A DNA stretch of 64,000 nt from an uncultured Actinomycetota bacterium (GCA_963728945.1 CAVSMA010000002.1:738723-802722); one strand, 5' to 3'. Shown: positions 36,796 to 45,517, counted from the first letter of the stretch. Program-made: numbers and translations. The notes: generated by a model not told the origin, from the letters alone.

Positions 36796-37090
36796 TCAGT
36801 CCGACAGGGCGGCGTCGAACTGACCGGCCTGGTAGGACCCGCCCTGGTAGTTGAGGATCACGCCGAGCCGGTTGGTGGCGTTGATCATGGCGACCAGGGA
36901 GACCAGCGCCGCGGTCTGGTCGTCGTCGTAGTGCTTGCGCACGTGCGCCCAGGTCTCGTCGGACACGCCCTCGGCCGCGTCGGCGAGCCGGGTGCCCTCC
37001 TCGGTCAGCGCCAGGGCGGCGCGCTCCGCTTCGGTGAACACCGCGGCGTGCCGCCAGGCGGCGACCAGGTTGAGCCGCGCCCGGGTCTCG
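36796..37090 (-). pseudogene. 3' fragment of a carboxymuconolactone decarboxylase (AhpD-like) family gene
   Basis: It encodes GETRARLNLVAAWRHAAVFTEAERAALALTEEGTRLADAAEGVSDETWAHVRKHYDDDQTAALVSLVAMINATNRLGVILNYQGGSYQAGQ. The N-terminal half, including the CxxC region, is missing. No start codon is available. Confidence 0.6.
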
Positions 37091-37094
37091 CCGG

Positions 37095-37246
37095 CGGCAG
37101 CGGCCGCGCTGGTGCTGCGGGTCGACGGCGAGCCGGACACCGTCGTCGCGGTGCGCCTCGACGGCGGCCTCGTCACCGGGCTGTACGCGGTCCGCAATCC
37201 CGCGAAGCTCTCCCATTTGGATCGGCAGACCACGCTGAGCCGCTGA
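37095..37246 (+). pseudogene. 3' fragment of a SigJ-type (TIGR02957-like) sigma factor gene
   Basis: It encodes ALVLRVDGEPDTVVAVRLDGGLVTGLYAVRNPAKLSHL followed by a stop. This matches the characteristic C-terminal SnoaL-like end (..NPxKL..) of that family, from memory. Nothing upstream belongs to it. Confidence 0.5.
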
Positions 37247-37263
37247 GTCGGTACGGTCGGGGG

Positions 37264-37905
37264 GTGGCGAGCCCCTGCGACCCGCTCGGCTGCGACGAGT
37301 TCTTCCGCGGCGGCTTCGCCCGGCGCAAGGCCAGCAGCTACCGCAGCCGCGGCCTCGACCGGACCGCCGTCCGGATGCTGGCGTTCCTGCAGGAGCGCGG
37401 GATCGCCGGCGCCAGCGTCCTCGAGATCGGCGGCGGCGTCGGGGAGATCCAGCTGGAGCTGCTGCGGGCGGGCGCGGCGCGGGCGGTGAACCTGGAACTG
37501 TCCCCGGCGTACGAGGCCGAGGCCGCCGGCCTGGTCCGGGAGGCCGGGTTCGAGGGCCGGGTGACCCGCAGGCTGCACGACGTCGCGGTCGACGGGGATG
37601 CGGTCGAGCCTGCCGACGTGGTCGTGCTGCACCGGGTGGTCTGCTGCTACCCCGATTACGAGCGGCTGCTGGCGGCGGCGGCCGAGCACGCGCGCCGGCT
37701 GCTGGTCTTCAGCTACCCGTCCCACACCGTGCTCGCGAGGATGGTCCTCGGCGCGGAGAACCTGAGCTTCCGGATGCGCCGGCTGCGGTTCCGGGTCTTC
37801 GCCCACCCGCCGGACCGCATGCTCAGCATGCTGCGCGAGCACGGCCTGCGGCCGACTGTGGTCCACCGCGGCCTGGCCTGGCAGGTCGCCGGCGCCGAGC
37901 GCTGA
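37264..37905 (+). CDS. class I SAM-dependent methyltransferase
   Basis: VLEIGGGVGEIQLELL and VVVLHRVVCCYPDYERLL are present. The GTG start at 37264 is uncertain. Confidence 0.7.
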   Translation: MASPCDPLGCDEFFRGGFARRKASSYRSRGLDRTAVRMLAFLQERGIAGASVLEIGGGVGEIQLELLRAGAARAVNLELSPAYEAEAAGLVREAGFEGRVTRRLHDVAVDGDAVEPADVVVLHRVVCCYPDYERLLAAAAEHARRLLVFSYPSHTVLARMVLGAENLSFRMRRLRFRVFAHPPDRMLSMLREHGLRPTVVHRGLAWQVAGAER

Positions 37906-39779
37906 GGTCGGCGCTCACCCGCTCCGGTCGCGCGAGTCCCTGGCCCTGCCGTCCCTGGACCGGAAGGGCAGCGCGGCCCGACCGCCGGGCCGCTCGGGCT
38001 CGGCGCCGTCCGGGCTGCGGGCCGCGATGCGCTCCTCGGCCCCGGCGTCGTCAGCGGCGACGTCCTCGCCGGGCCGGCCCGGCCGTGCCCGCGGCCAGCC
38101 TCGCGGACGGCCAGAGTGATCGTGCGCCAGAAGTGGTCCTCGCCGATCTCGGCCATCAGCCCGGACCGGCGAAGCCCCCTGCGGACCGCCCACCCGACGC
38201 GGACCAGGTAGAGGTCGACGCCCCGCGCGCGCAACGCGGCCAGCAGGCCCGCCAGCGCGTCGGCGCTGGTCGTGTCCATCTGGTGGGTCGCCTGCAGGTC
38301 GAGCACGACCGCCTTGACGTCACCGGCCGCGTCGACCTCGGCCAGGATCGCGTCGGCGACCGGCGAGGCCGTGACCCAGAACAGCGGCGTGTCCATCCGC
38401 AGCACCAGGACGCCGGGGACGGTGGCCCGCTCCCGGTGGTCGCGGATGCTGCCCCAGGCCGCCTTCTCCTCGGCCAGCCGGCCCATCACGTCGATCTCGA
38501 CCCGGCTCGACCGGTACACCAGCCCGAGCACCGAGCCGGCCACTGCCAGCAGCAGCCCGTACAGCGGGCCGAAGGCGAGCACGCCGACAGCGGCGACGGC
38601 GGCGGCGACGATGTCGTTGCGCCGCACCCTGGCGTACCGGCGCAGGGCCGTGACGTCCATCAGCTTCCAGACCGCGTTGACGACGATCGCGCTCAGGACG
38701 GCCTTCGGCAGCTCGGAGAGCACCGGCGCGATCAGCGCGATGACGGCGACGGCGAGCGCGGCCGCGGTCAGCCCGGCGATCTGGGTGCGGCCGCGGGCGT
38801 CGGCGACGGCCGCCGTCTTGGACAGGCTGCCGGCCACCCCGAGGCCGCCGAACAACCCGGACGCGACGTTGGCCGCACCGGTCGCGCGCAGCTCCTGGTC
38901 GGCGTCGATCCGGTAGCCGCCGCGGGCGGCGAACAGCCGGGCCGCGCTCAGCCCTTCGGCCAGCCCCACCAGGGCCAGCGCGGCGCCCGAGCTGAGCAGC
39001 GCCGGGACGTCGGCGGCGGCCACCGACGGCACGGCGGGAGCGGGCAGCCCGCGCGGCACCGGGCCGACCACCTCGACCCCGTGCGCGCCGAGGTCGAGCG
39101 CGGTCGAGACGGCGAGGCCCGCGATCAGCACCAGCAGCGCCCAGGGCACGCCGCGCGCCAGCCACTGGCCGCCGAACAGGACGAGCAGCGCGACCGCGGA
39201 GATCAGCACGGTCGTGCCGTCGGCGTCGCCGCGGCCGAGACTGCCGCCCAGCGCACCGACCCGCTCGACGACCCGGCCCTGCGGCGTCGGCACCCCGAGC
39301 AGGTGCGGCAGTTCGCCGAGGATGACCAGCACGACCAGGCCGAGCACGAACCCGGTGACGATCGGCTTGGACAGGAACTCCGCCACCCAGCCGATGCCGA
39401 GGAAGCCGGCGACGAGCATGACCAGCCCGCACGCCAGCGCCAGCGCGGCCGTGTACGACGCCGCCCGCGCGGTCCCGGCCACCCCGAAGCTGGCCAGGAA
39501 CGAGCCGGACAGCACCGACACCGTCGACACCGGGCCGACGACGAGCTGGCGGGAGGAGCCGAAGACCGCGTACGCCACCAGCGCCAGCGGCACCGCATAC
39601 AGGCCGACCTGGACCGGCGCGCCGGCGATCGACGCGTAGCCGAGCGCCTGCGGCACGGCCAGCGCCACGACGACGGCGCCGGCGACGAGGTCACCGCGCA
39701 GCCAGCCGCCGTCGTATCGGGGCAGCCACTCGGCGATCGGCACCCAGCGCCGCCAGCCGCGGGCGGCCTGCTCGCTCAT
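37713..39779 (-). CDS. SulP-family anion transporter with C-terminal STAS domain (3' end uncertain; see finding)
   Basis: WLPRYDGGWLRGDLVAGAVVVALAVPQALGYASIAG and FGSSRQLVVGPVSTVSV are present. The STAS part is VLVLRMDTPLFWVTASP...VVLDLQATHQMDTTSADAL. The start is ATG 39779. Third-position G/C suggests the true tail ends at 37915 in another frame. Confidence 0.85.
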   Translation of the reverse strand: MSEQAARGWRRWVPIAEWLPRYDGGWLRGDLVAGAVVVALAVPQALGYASIAGAPVQVGLYAVPLALVAYAVFGSSRQLVVGPVSTVSVLSGSFLASFGVAGTARAASYTAALALACGLVMLVAGFLGIGWVAEFLSKPIVTGFVLGLVVLVILGELPHLLGVPTPQGRVVERVGALGGSLGRGDADGTTVLISAVALLVLFGGQWLARGVPWALLVLIAGLAVSTALDLGAHGVEVVGPVPRGLPAPAVPSVAAADVPALLSSGAALALVGLAEGLSAARLFAARGGYRIDADQELRATGAANVASGLFGGLGVAGSLSKTAAVADARGRTQIAGLTAAALAVAVIALIAPVLSELPKAVLSAIVVNAVWKLMDVTALRRYARVRRNDIVAAAVAAVGVLAFGPLYGLLLAVAGSVLGLVYRSSRVEIDVMGRLAEEKAAWGSIRDHRERATVPGVLVLRMDTPLFWVTASPVADAILAEVDAAGDVKAVVLDLQATHQMDTTSADALAGLLAALRARGVDLYLVRVGWAVRRGLRRSGLMAEIGEDHFWRTITLAVREAGRGHGRAGPARTSPLTTPGPRSASRPAARTAPSPSGPAVGPRCPSGPGTAGPGTRATGAGERRPQRSAPATCQARPRWTTVGRRPCSRSMLSMRSGGWAKTRNRSRRIRKLRFSAPRTILASTVWDG

Positions 39780-40008
39780 CGGCGGCGGGTACGGGGGCGG
39801 GCGGGGGCCTCGGGCACGGCGCACCTCCACGTCTCGGCCGCCGTGTCCCCTCGCGGTGGTCGCCGGGTGGGTGGCGGCTCCTCGGCGCGAGGGTCCCATC
39901 CACGCGACCGGTTCGGCAGCGGGACGGCCGGGCTCGCGGGCGGGACTGGCGCGTCGCGGTGTCCGGGGTCGATGCTTCGCAGAGCAAGTGTCCGCGTGCG
40001 AAAGGACG

Positions 40009-40533
40009 ATGATGGCCAGGCCCACGGAGGAAGAGCTCGTCCAGATCGAGAAGCGCCGTGCCGAGCTGCGCGGGCAGTATCTGCTGCCGGCCGCGCAACG
40101 CCCGCCGACGTCGGGGCGGGGGATCCACCATGCCGCGCTGATCTGCCGCGACGTCGAGCGGACCATCCAGTTCTACCAGGGCCTGCTCGGGTTCCCGCTG
40201 GTCGAGCTGGTGGAGAACCGGGACTACCCGGGCTCGTCGCACTTCTTCTTCGACCTCGGCAACAAGACCCTGCTCGGCTTCTTCGACTTCCCGGGCCTCG
40301 GCCTGGAGCAGGGTGTCGAGTCGATCGGGGCCGTGCAGCACATCGCGATCGCGGTGCCCCCGGACCGGCACGCCGAGCTGCGCAAGGTGCTCGACGACAA
40401 CGGCATCCCGTACGACGGGCCGGCCCGCGGCATTCCCGAGTCGCTCTACCTGCGCGATCCGGACGGCATCGGCATCGAGCTGCTCAGCGACGAGCTCATG
40501 TACTTCGCCGGTCGCCACCTGGACCAGGAGTGA
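40009..40533 (+). CDS. VOC-family (glyoxalase/bleomycin-resistance/dioxygenase) protein
   Basis: IHHAALICRDVERTIQFYQGLLGFPL and VQHIAIAV...LYLRDPDGIGIEL are present. ATG follows gaaaggacg. Confidence 0.8.
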   Translation: MMARPTEEELVQIEKRRAELRGQYLLPAAQRPPTSGRGIHHAALICRDVERTIQFYQGLLGFPLVELVENRDYPGSSHFFFDLGNKTLLGFFDFPGLGLEQGVESIGAVQHIAIAVPPDRHAELRKVLDDNGIPYDGPARGIPESLYLRDPDGIGIELLSDELMYFAGRHLDQE

Positions 40534-40684
40534 TCTTCCGGCGTCGCGCCCATTGACACGGCTGCGCGCCTGCGGTGTCGTGTGCAAACACGTTCGCTGC
40601 GCAACTATCTGCGGCAGGGGCGTTGCCGGGCTGCCGAGCCGCAGGGTCGCGACTCGGCCTTGCGATAGAAGGGTGCGATAAGGC

Positions 40685-41500
40685 ATGAGCGAGTGGAACG
40701 CGATGACGTACGAGGGCAAGGACACGATCCTCCGCGTCGTCAAACAGGAGGCCCAGCGGCTGTTCGCGCTCGCCGAGGAACCCGGTGCCTGGGAGCGGCC
40801 GACCGCCTGCGCCGGCTGGACGACGCGGGACGTCGTCGGCCACATCGTCGACACGACCGAGGGCTACTTCGCCGCCTTCGACGCGGCCCGCAGCGGCGGC
40901 GAGGCGCCCGCACCGTTCGGGCTCTCGGCGATGCACGAGCGGGTCAACGAGATGGCGATCGGGTTCCGCCGGGTGCCGCAGGCCGAGATGATGGAACGGC
41001 TTCGCGACGACTTCGCGAAGATGATGGGGATCCTGGAGCCGCTTGGTCCGGACGAGTGGACCGGCATGATGGTCTCGCACGCGTACATGGGCCCGGTGCC
41101 GGCGTTCTTCTACGCCGCCGGCCAGCTGATGGACTACGGCGTCCATTCCTGGGACATCCGGCAGGGGACCGGCCGCGCGCACGGGCTGCCGGGCGACGTC
41201 GCCGACCTGCTGGTGCCGTTCATGTTCGCGATCTGGCAGGGCACGGTGCTCTCCGACGCGGTCGACGAGCCGGGCGAGATCGGGATCAGGGTCAGCGGCC
41301 GCAACGCCGGCGACTTCCGGGTCTCGGTCAGCGAGAAGGGGCTCACGTACGAGCCGGGCGACATCGAGGACCTGCCGGCGCGGATCGAGTTCGACGCCGG
41401 CAGCCTGGTGCTCACCGCCTTCGGCCGGGGCAACTTCGGCACCGTACGGGGCGACTTCGCGGCGGCCGAGCGCTACCTGAACATGTTCTTCCGCATCTAG
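40685..41500 (+). CDS. maleylpyruvate-isomerase-family mycothiol-dependent enzyme (DinB/MDMPI_N + SCP2-like C-terminus)
   Basis: WERPTACAGWTTRDVVGHIVDT and HSWDIRQG are present. The C-terminal tail is that of the TIGR03083 type, from memory. Confidence 0.8.
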   Translation: MSEWNAMTYEGKDTILRVVKQEAQRLFALAEEPGAWERPTACAGWTTRDVVGHIVDTTEGYFAAFDAARSGGEAPAPFGLSAMHERVNEMAIGFRRVPQAEMMERLRDDFAKMMGILEPLGPDEWTGMMVSHAYMGPVPAFFYAAGQLMDYGVHSWDIRQGTGRAHGLPGDVADLLVPFMFAIWQGTVLSDAVDEPGEIGIRVSGRNAGDFRVSVSEKGLTYEPGDIEDLPARIEFDAGSLVLTAFGRGNFGTVRGDFAAAERYLNMFFRI

Positions 41501-41515
41501 GCAGCCCGACCTGGG

Positions 41516-41544
41516 GGCCGGCCGGCGCGGGTCGCCGGCCGGCC
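41516..41544. terminator. bidirectional hairpin between convergent genes
   Basis: GGCCGGCCGGCG-cgggt-CGCCGGCCGGCC forms a 12-bp perfect stem. It lies between stop 41500 (+) and stop 41546 (-). Confidence 0.5.
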
Positions 41545-41545
41545 G

Positions 41546-43057
41546 TCAGGACCCGGCGTCGTACTCGCCGTCCGGGTGGCCGGTGGGCAGCCGGTGCCGG
41601 GCGATCCGCGAGGTCGGCGTGCGGGGCAGCGCGTCCAGCTGCTGCCAGTACCGCGGGACCTTGAACGCGGTCAGCCGCTGCGCCGCCCACTCCCGCAGCG
41701 CGGCGAAGTCCGGCGACCGGCCCGGTGCGAGCACCACGAACGCCTTGATCTCCTCCTCGGACAACTCCGAGGGCACACCCACCACGGCGCACTCGAGCAC
41801 GTCCGGGTGCTCCTGGATCGCCTCCTCGACCTCGGCCGGCGACACGTTCTCGCCGCGTCGGCGCAGCACCTCCTTCTGCCGCGCGACGAACGTGTAGGTC
41901 CCGTCGGCGTTCGGGGTGACCAGGTCGCCGGTGTGCAGCCAGCCGTCCTCGATCGCCCGGGCGGTCTCCGCCGGCATCTCCCAGTAGCCCGGCGTCAGCA
42001 CCGGGTTGCGCAGCAGCAGCTCGCCGGTCTCGCCGGCGGCGACCTCCCGCCCGTCCTCGCCAACCACCTTCGCCTGGTTGATCCGGCCCAGGGTCGGGTG
42101 CTGCCGGACGGTGCCGAGCGTCCCGTACGGGCGCGAGCCGTGCGGCCAGATCAGCCCGTACGGCGACTCCGACATCGCGTACCCGACCACGACCCGCAGC
42201 CCGAACCGGCGCTCGAACGCCTCCTGCCACTCCCGGGCCGGCGCCGGGCCGGTGTAGCACAGCCGCAGGTCGGTGTCGGCGTCGTCGGGACGCTCCGGCC
42301 GGCGCATGAGGATCTCCAGCATCGCGCCGATCGCGTTGAACTCGGTCGCTCCGTGCCGGCGGGCCGAGTCGAGGAACCCGCTGGCCGAGAACCGGGGCAG
42401 CAGCACCAGGCCGGCGCCGCAGGCCAGCGAGCCCAGCACCGAGTATGCGATCGCGTTGAGGTGGAACAGCGGCAGCGACGTCATCAGCCGGTCGTCGCGG
42501 TCGAGCCCCATCCAGTAGGGGAAGCCCTCGCCGGCCAGCGCGTACGCCCGGTGGGTCTGCATGACCAGCTTCGACCGTCCGGTCGTGCCCGAGGTCGGCA
42601 TGAGCACGGCCAGGTCGTCCGGGCGGCCCCGGACCTGGAGCTCGGCCGAGCCGGCCGCCGGACCGGCGAGCTCGTCCGCGGCCGCGCCGGGCACGCCGGT
42701 GATCCCGGCCGCCTCGACCAGCCCGGCCAGCGTCGGGTCGGTGACGAGCAGCCGCGGGCGGACCTGACCGGCGAGGCCGGCCAGCTCGACCGGGGCGCTG
42801 GCCGGGTTGACCGGCACCGCGATCCCGCCGGCAGCGATGACCGCGAGCATGCACAGCAGGTAGGGCGGGGTGTTCCGGGCGGTCACCAGGACCCGGTCGC
42901 CGTCGCCGACCCCGCTCGCACGGAGCCGCTCGGCGACCGCGGCGATGCGTCCCGCCGCCTCGGCGAAGCTGAGCTGCTGATCGTCCGTACGCAGCCAGGT
43001 TCCGTCCGGATCGCGGTCGGCGGCGGCCGCGAGCAGCCCCGGGATCGTCTCGGGCAC
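41546..43057 (-). CDS. AMP-dependent acyl-CoA synthetase/ligase
   Basis: The AMP-binding motif is LMPTSGTTGRSKLV. Also present are GYAMSES, GWLHTGDL and RRGENVSPAEVE. Confidence 0.85.
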   Translation of the reverse strand: MPETIPGLLAAAADRDPDGTWLRTDDQQLSFAEAAGRIAAVAERLRASGVGDGDRVLVTARNTPPYLLCMLAVIAAGGIAVPVNPASAPVELAGLAGQVRPRLLVTDPTLAGLVEAAGITGVPGAAADELAGPAAGSAELQVRGRPDDLAVLMPTSGTTGRSKLVMQTHRAYALAGEGFPYWMGLDRDDRLMTSLPLFHLNAIAYSVLGSLACGAGLVLLPRFSASGFLDSARRHGATEFNAIGAMLEILMRRPERPDDADTDLRLCYTGPAPAREWQEAFERRFGLRVVVGYAMSESPYGLIWPHGSRPYGTLGTVRQHPTLGRINQAKVVGEDGREVAAGETGELLLRNPVLTPGYWEMPAETARAIEDGWLHTGDLVTPNADGTYTFVARQKEVLRRRGENVSPAEVEEAIQEHPDVLECAVVGVPSELSEEEIKAFVVLAPGRSPDFAALREWAAQRLTAFKVPRYWQQLDALPRTPTSRIARHRLPTGHPDGEYDAGS

Positions 43058-43145
43058 GTTCAGGCACCGGCTTCCGCGCGCGAGACCACGGCAGCAGTCT
43101 CTTCGACCGGCTGTCGCGAAGCAATCCGGGGTCGGCCCGGACGGG

Positions 43146-43493
43146 TCAGCGGCGGCGCAGGATCGAGCGGAGCACGAGCAGGAACGTGACCGCGACGAGC
43201 TGGCCGCCGAGGATGACCTTGCCGAGATCGAGGGCCGGCCGCCAGTCGACCTGGTCGCCGCGGATCACGAAGACGCCCGCCGGCTGGGCCATGAACCCGT
43301 AGCCGCCGCCGGCGCCCTCGTTCTCGCCCTCCTCCTGCTTGGGGTTGCGACCGCGCCCGCCCCCGCCGCCGGCACCGCCGCGCACCGAGGCGGTCGGAAT
43401 GACCGTCACCCCGTCGCGCTCGATCGGCTCGCCGAAGACCCGACGCACCTGCGCGGCCTCGGCCGCCCGTCCGAGGACCTCGGGAAGTTCCAT
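43146..43493 (-). CDS. GerW/YtfJ-family protein with Gly-rich insert and C-terminal TM helix
   Basis: ATG 43493 follows ggaaggag. VRRVFGEPIERDGVTVIPTASV and PAGVFVIRGDQVDWRPALD are present. The tail is LGGQLVAVTFLLVL. Confidence 0.7.
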   Translation of the reverse strand: MELPEVLGRAAEAAQVRRVFGEPIERDGVTVIPTASVRGGAGGGGGRGRNPKQEEGENEGAGGGYGFMAQPAGVFVIRGDQVDWRPALDLGKVILGGQLVAVTFLLVLRSILRRR

Positions 43494-43579
43494 GCCAAGC
43501 TCCTTCCGGATAAGGAGTACGAATCTCGAAGACTCCGCCCCCGGACCCGCAGCCGTCCAGGGAAATGCGCCGGGACCGG

Positions 43580-44032
43580 TCAGCCGCCCCGCGCCGCGAT
43601 CAGGCTCGCCAGCTCGGCGACGTCGGCGGGGGCCAGCCAGGTCTCCTCGAGCGGACTGCCGCCGGCGCGCCGGACCGTCGCGGTCAGCGGGCCCGCCCAG
43701 ATGTGCTCGATGAGCGCGACCGCGGCGGCCGACCCGGGCGGGACCGCGTCGGCCAGCGACCATCCGCCCGCCTCGTCCGGCTGGTCGGTCTCGCCGGCGC
43801 CGTCCTCGGCGGACCGGCCCAGCAGCGCGGCGGCGAGCCCGCCGAGCTCCGGCCCGAACCCGGGCGGCGCGGTGAGCGTGTCGAGCGTGCTGTCCGGGCC
43901 GCGGGACACGAGCAGCAGGTCCACGAGCCGGACGATCCCCGCCTCGCGCAGCCGGGTAAACTCCGCCAGCACCTCGCCGGAGAACGCCGGCTGCTCGAAC
44001 CCGACGACCAGCACCTGCACCGGCCCCATCAC
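43580..44032 (-). CDS. small uncharacterised protein (resembles the actinobacterial family annotated as DUF6325; from memory)
   Basis: MMGPVQVLVVGFEQPAFSGEVLAEFTRLREAGIVRLVDLLLVSRG. There is an ATGA overlap with the upstream SHOCT gene. Confidence 0.55.
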   Translation of the reverse strand: MMGPVQVLVVGFEQPAFSGEVLAEFTRLREAGIVRLVDLLLVSRGPDSTLDTLTAPPGFGPELGGLAAALLGRSAEDGAGETDQPDEAGGWSLADAVPPGSAAAVALIEHIWAGPLTATVRRAGGSPLEETWLAPADVAELASLIAARGG

Positions 44033-44331
44033 GCGGTCACCCGCGCCCGCAGCTGCTCGTACTCGTCCGCGCTGATCACGCCGGAGTCCAGCAGGTGCCG
44101 CAGGGAAGCGAGCGTGTCGCGGTGGCTCGGCGGCGGGCTCGGCGGCGGGCTCGGCGCGGGACCGTGCGGGGGAACCGTCCGGCCGACCACGTCGACGGCC
44201 GTGGCGACCGACGCCGGCGGCGGTCCCGGGTGGGACAGGGCATACGCCTGGGCCGGCGAGAACCGGCCGCCGTAGTAGGGCACGTCGCCGGTCATCCCGG
44301 CCCGCCGCAACTGCCTCGGTACGAGAAGCAT
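44029..44331 (-). CDS. SHOCT-domain protein
   Basis: The C-terminal LASLRHLLDSGVISADEYEQLRARV is a SHOCT motif. ATG 44331 follows ggaggggg. A Pro-rich linker is present. Confidence 0.65.
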   Translation of the reverse strand: MLLVPRQLRRAGMTGDVPYYGGRFSPAQAYALSHPGPPPASVATAVDVVGRTVPPHGPAPSPPPSPPPSHRDTLASLRHLLDSGVISADEYEQLRARVTA

Positions 44332-44484
44332 CGGACCCCCTCCGTCAGGTGGCGTGATCAGAATGCCGCACCACCAGCCCTCGTGGCCCGGATCCGACGC
44401 AGCCAGGTCGAGCCGGCTCGACGACCGCTCACCGCCGGAGCGGTCCGGCCCGGCTACCGTGCGAGCTGAACCCGAGGAGGGCGG

Positions 44485-45429
44485 ATGACGGAGAAGCCGG
44501 CGGTGCTGTTCTTGTGCGTGCACAACGCCGGGCGCAGTCAGATGGCGCTGGGGTGGTTCCAGCACCTGGCCGGGGATCGGGCCGTCGGGTGGTCGGGTGG
44601 ATCGGAACCCGGTGACGAGGTCAACCCCTCGGCGGTCGAGGCGATGCGTGAGGTCGGCATCGACATCTCGCGCGAGTTCCCGAAGCCGTGGACCGAGCAG
44701 GCGGTCCGTGCGGCCGACGTGGTGGTCACGATGGGCTGCGGGGACACCTGCCCGGTCTTCCCGGGCAAGCGGTACGAGGACTGGACGCTGGACGATCCGG
44801 CCGGTCTGGGCGTGGAGGCGGTGCGCCCGATCCGGGACGCGATCGAGCGCCGGGTACGGACCCTGCTCGCCGAGCTCGGCGTCCGGCCGGCCGCAGGGCC
44901 GGACGCGCGGCTGGGCGTCAGCGACGCGGCGCGGTCGGCGGTGGGCGTCCGGGGGATGCGGGTCGAGGACTGGCCGGCGGTGGCGGAGATCTACGCGGAG
45001 GGCGTCGCCGGCGGCGACGCGACCTTCGAGACGGAGGTTCCGACCTGGGCCGGCTGGGACGCCGCGCACCTGCCCGACCACCGCTTCGTCGCCGAGGTCG
45101 ACGGAACCGTCGTCGGCTGGACCGCGGTCTCGCCCGTGTCCGGCCGGTGCGTCTACGCCGGTGTCGTCGAGGACTCCGTGTACGTCGCCGAGTCGGCCCG
45201 CGGCCGCGGCGTCGGTCGCCGGCTGCTCGCCGCCCTGGTCGAGTCGACCGAGAACGCCGGGATCTGGACGATCCAGACCGGCATCTTCCCGGAGAACGAG
45301 TCGAGCCTCGCGCTGCACCGGGCCGCCGGCTTCCGGGTGCTGGGCGTGCGGGAGCGGCCAGGGCAGCTGCGCGGCCGCTGGCGGGATGTCGTGCTGCTCG
45401 AACGCCGCAGCACCGTCGCCGGTCGCTGA
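44485..45429 (+). CDS. fusion: LMW-PTPase-type arsenate reductase (ArsC) + GNAT/PAT-family N-acetyltransferase (ArsN1-like)
   Basis: ArsC part: VLFLCVHNAGRSQMA (CX5R P-loop) and VVTMGCGDTCP. GNAT part: VYVAESARGRGVGRRLLAAL and ESSLALHRAAGFRVLG. Confidence 0.8.
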   Translation: MTEKPAVLFLCVHNAGRSQMALGWFQHLAGDRAVGWSGGSEPGDEVNPSAVEAMREVGIDISREFPKPWTEQAVRAADVVVTMGCGDTCPVFPGKRYEDWTLDDPAGLGVEAVRPIRDAIERRVRTLLAELGVRPAAGPDARLGVSDAARSAVGVRGMRVEDWPAVAEIYAEGVAGGDATFETEVPTWAGWDAAHLPDHRFVAEVDGTVVGWTAVSPVSGRCVYAGVVEDSVYVAESARGRGVGRRLLAALVESTENAGIWTIQTGIFPENESSLALHRAAGFRVLGVRERPGQLRGRWRDVVLLERRSTVAGR

Positions 45430-45480
45430 CATTCCTGGCGTCGGCGGGGAATGCCCGGGCAGGATCGCCCGTTGGCGTGG

Positions 45481-45504
45481 ACATCCGTACGGCCGTACGG
45501 ATGT
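45481..45504. promoter_or_regulatory. perfect 24-bp palindrome; candidate ArsR/SmtB operator
   Basis: ACATCCGTACGG|CCGTACGGATGT equals its own reverse complement. It ends 5 nt before the ggagg RBS of the ArsR-family gene. Confidence 0.6.
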
Positions 45505-45517
45505 TTGGAGGCCAGTC

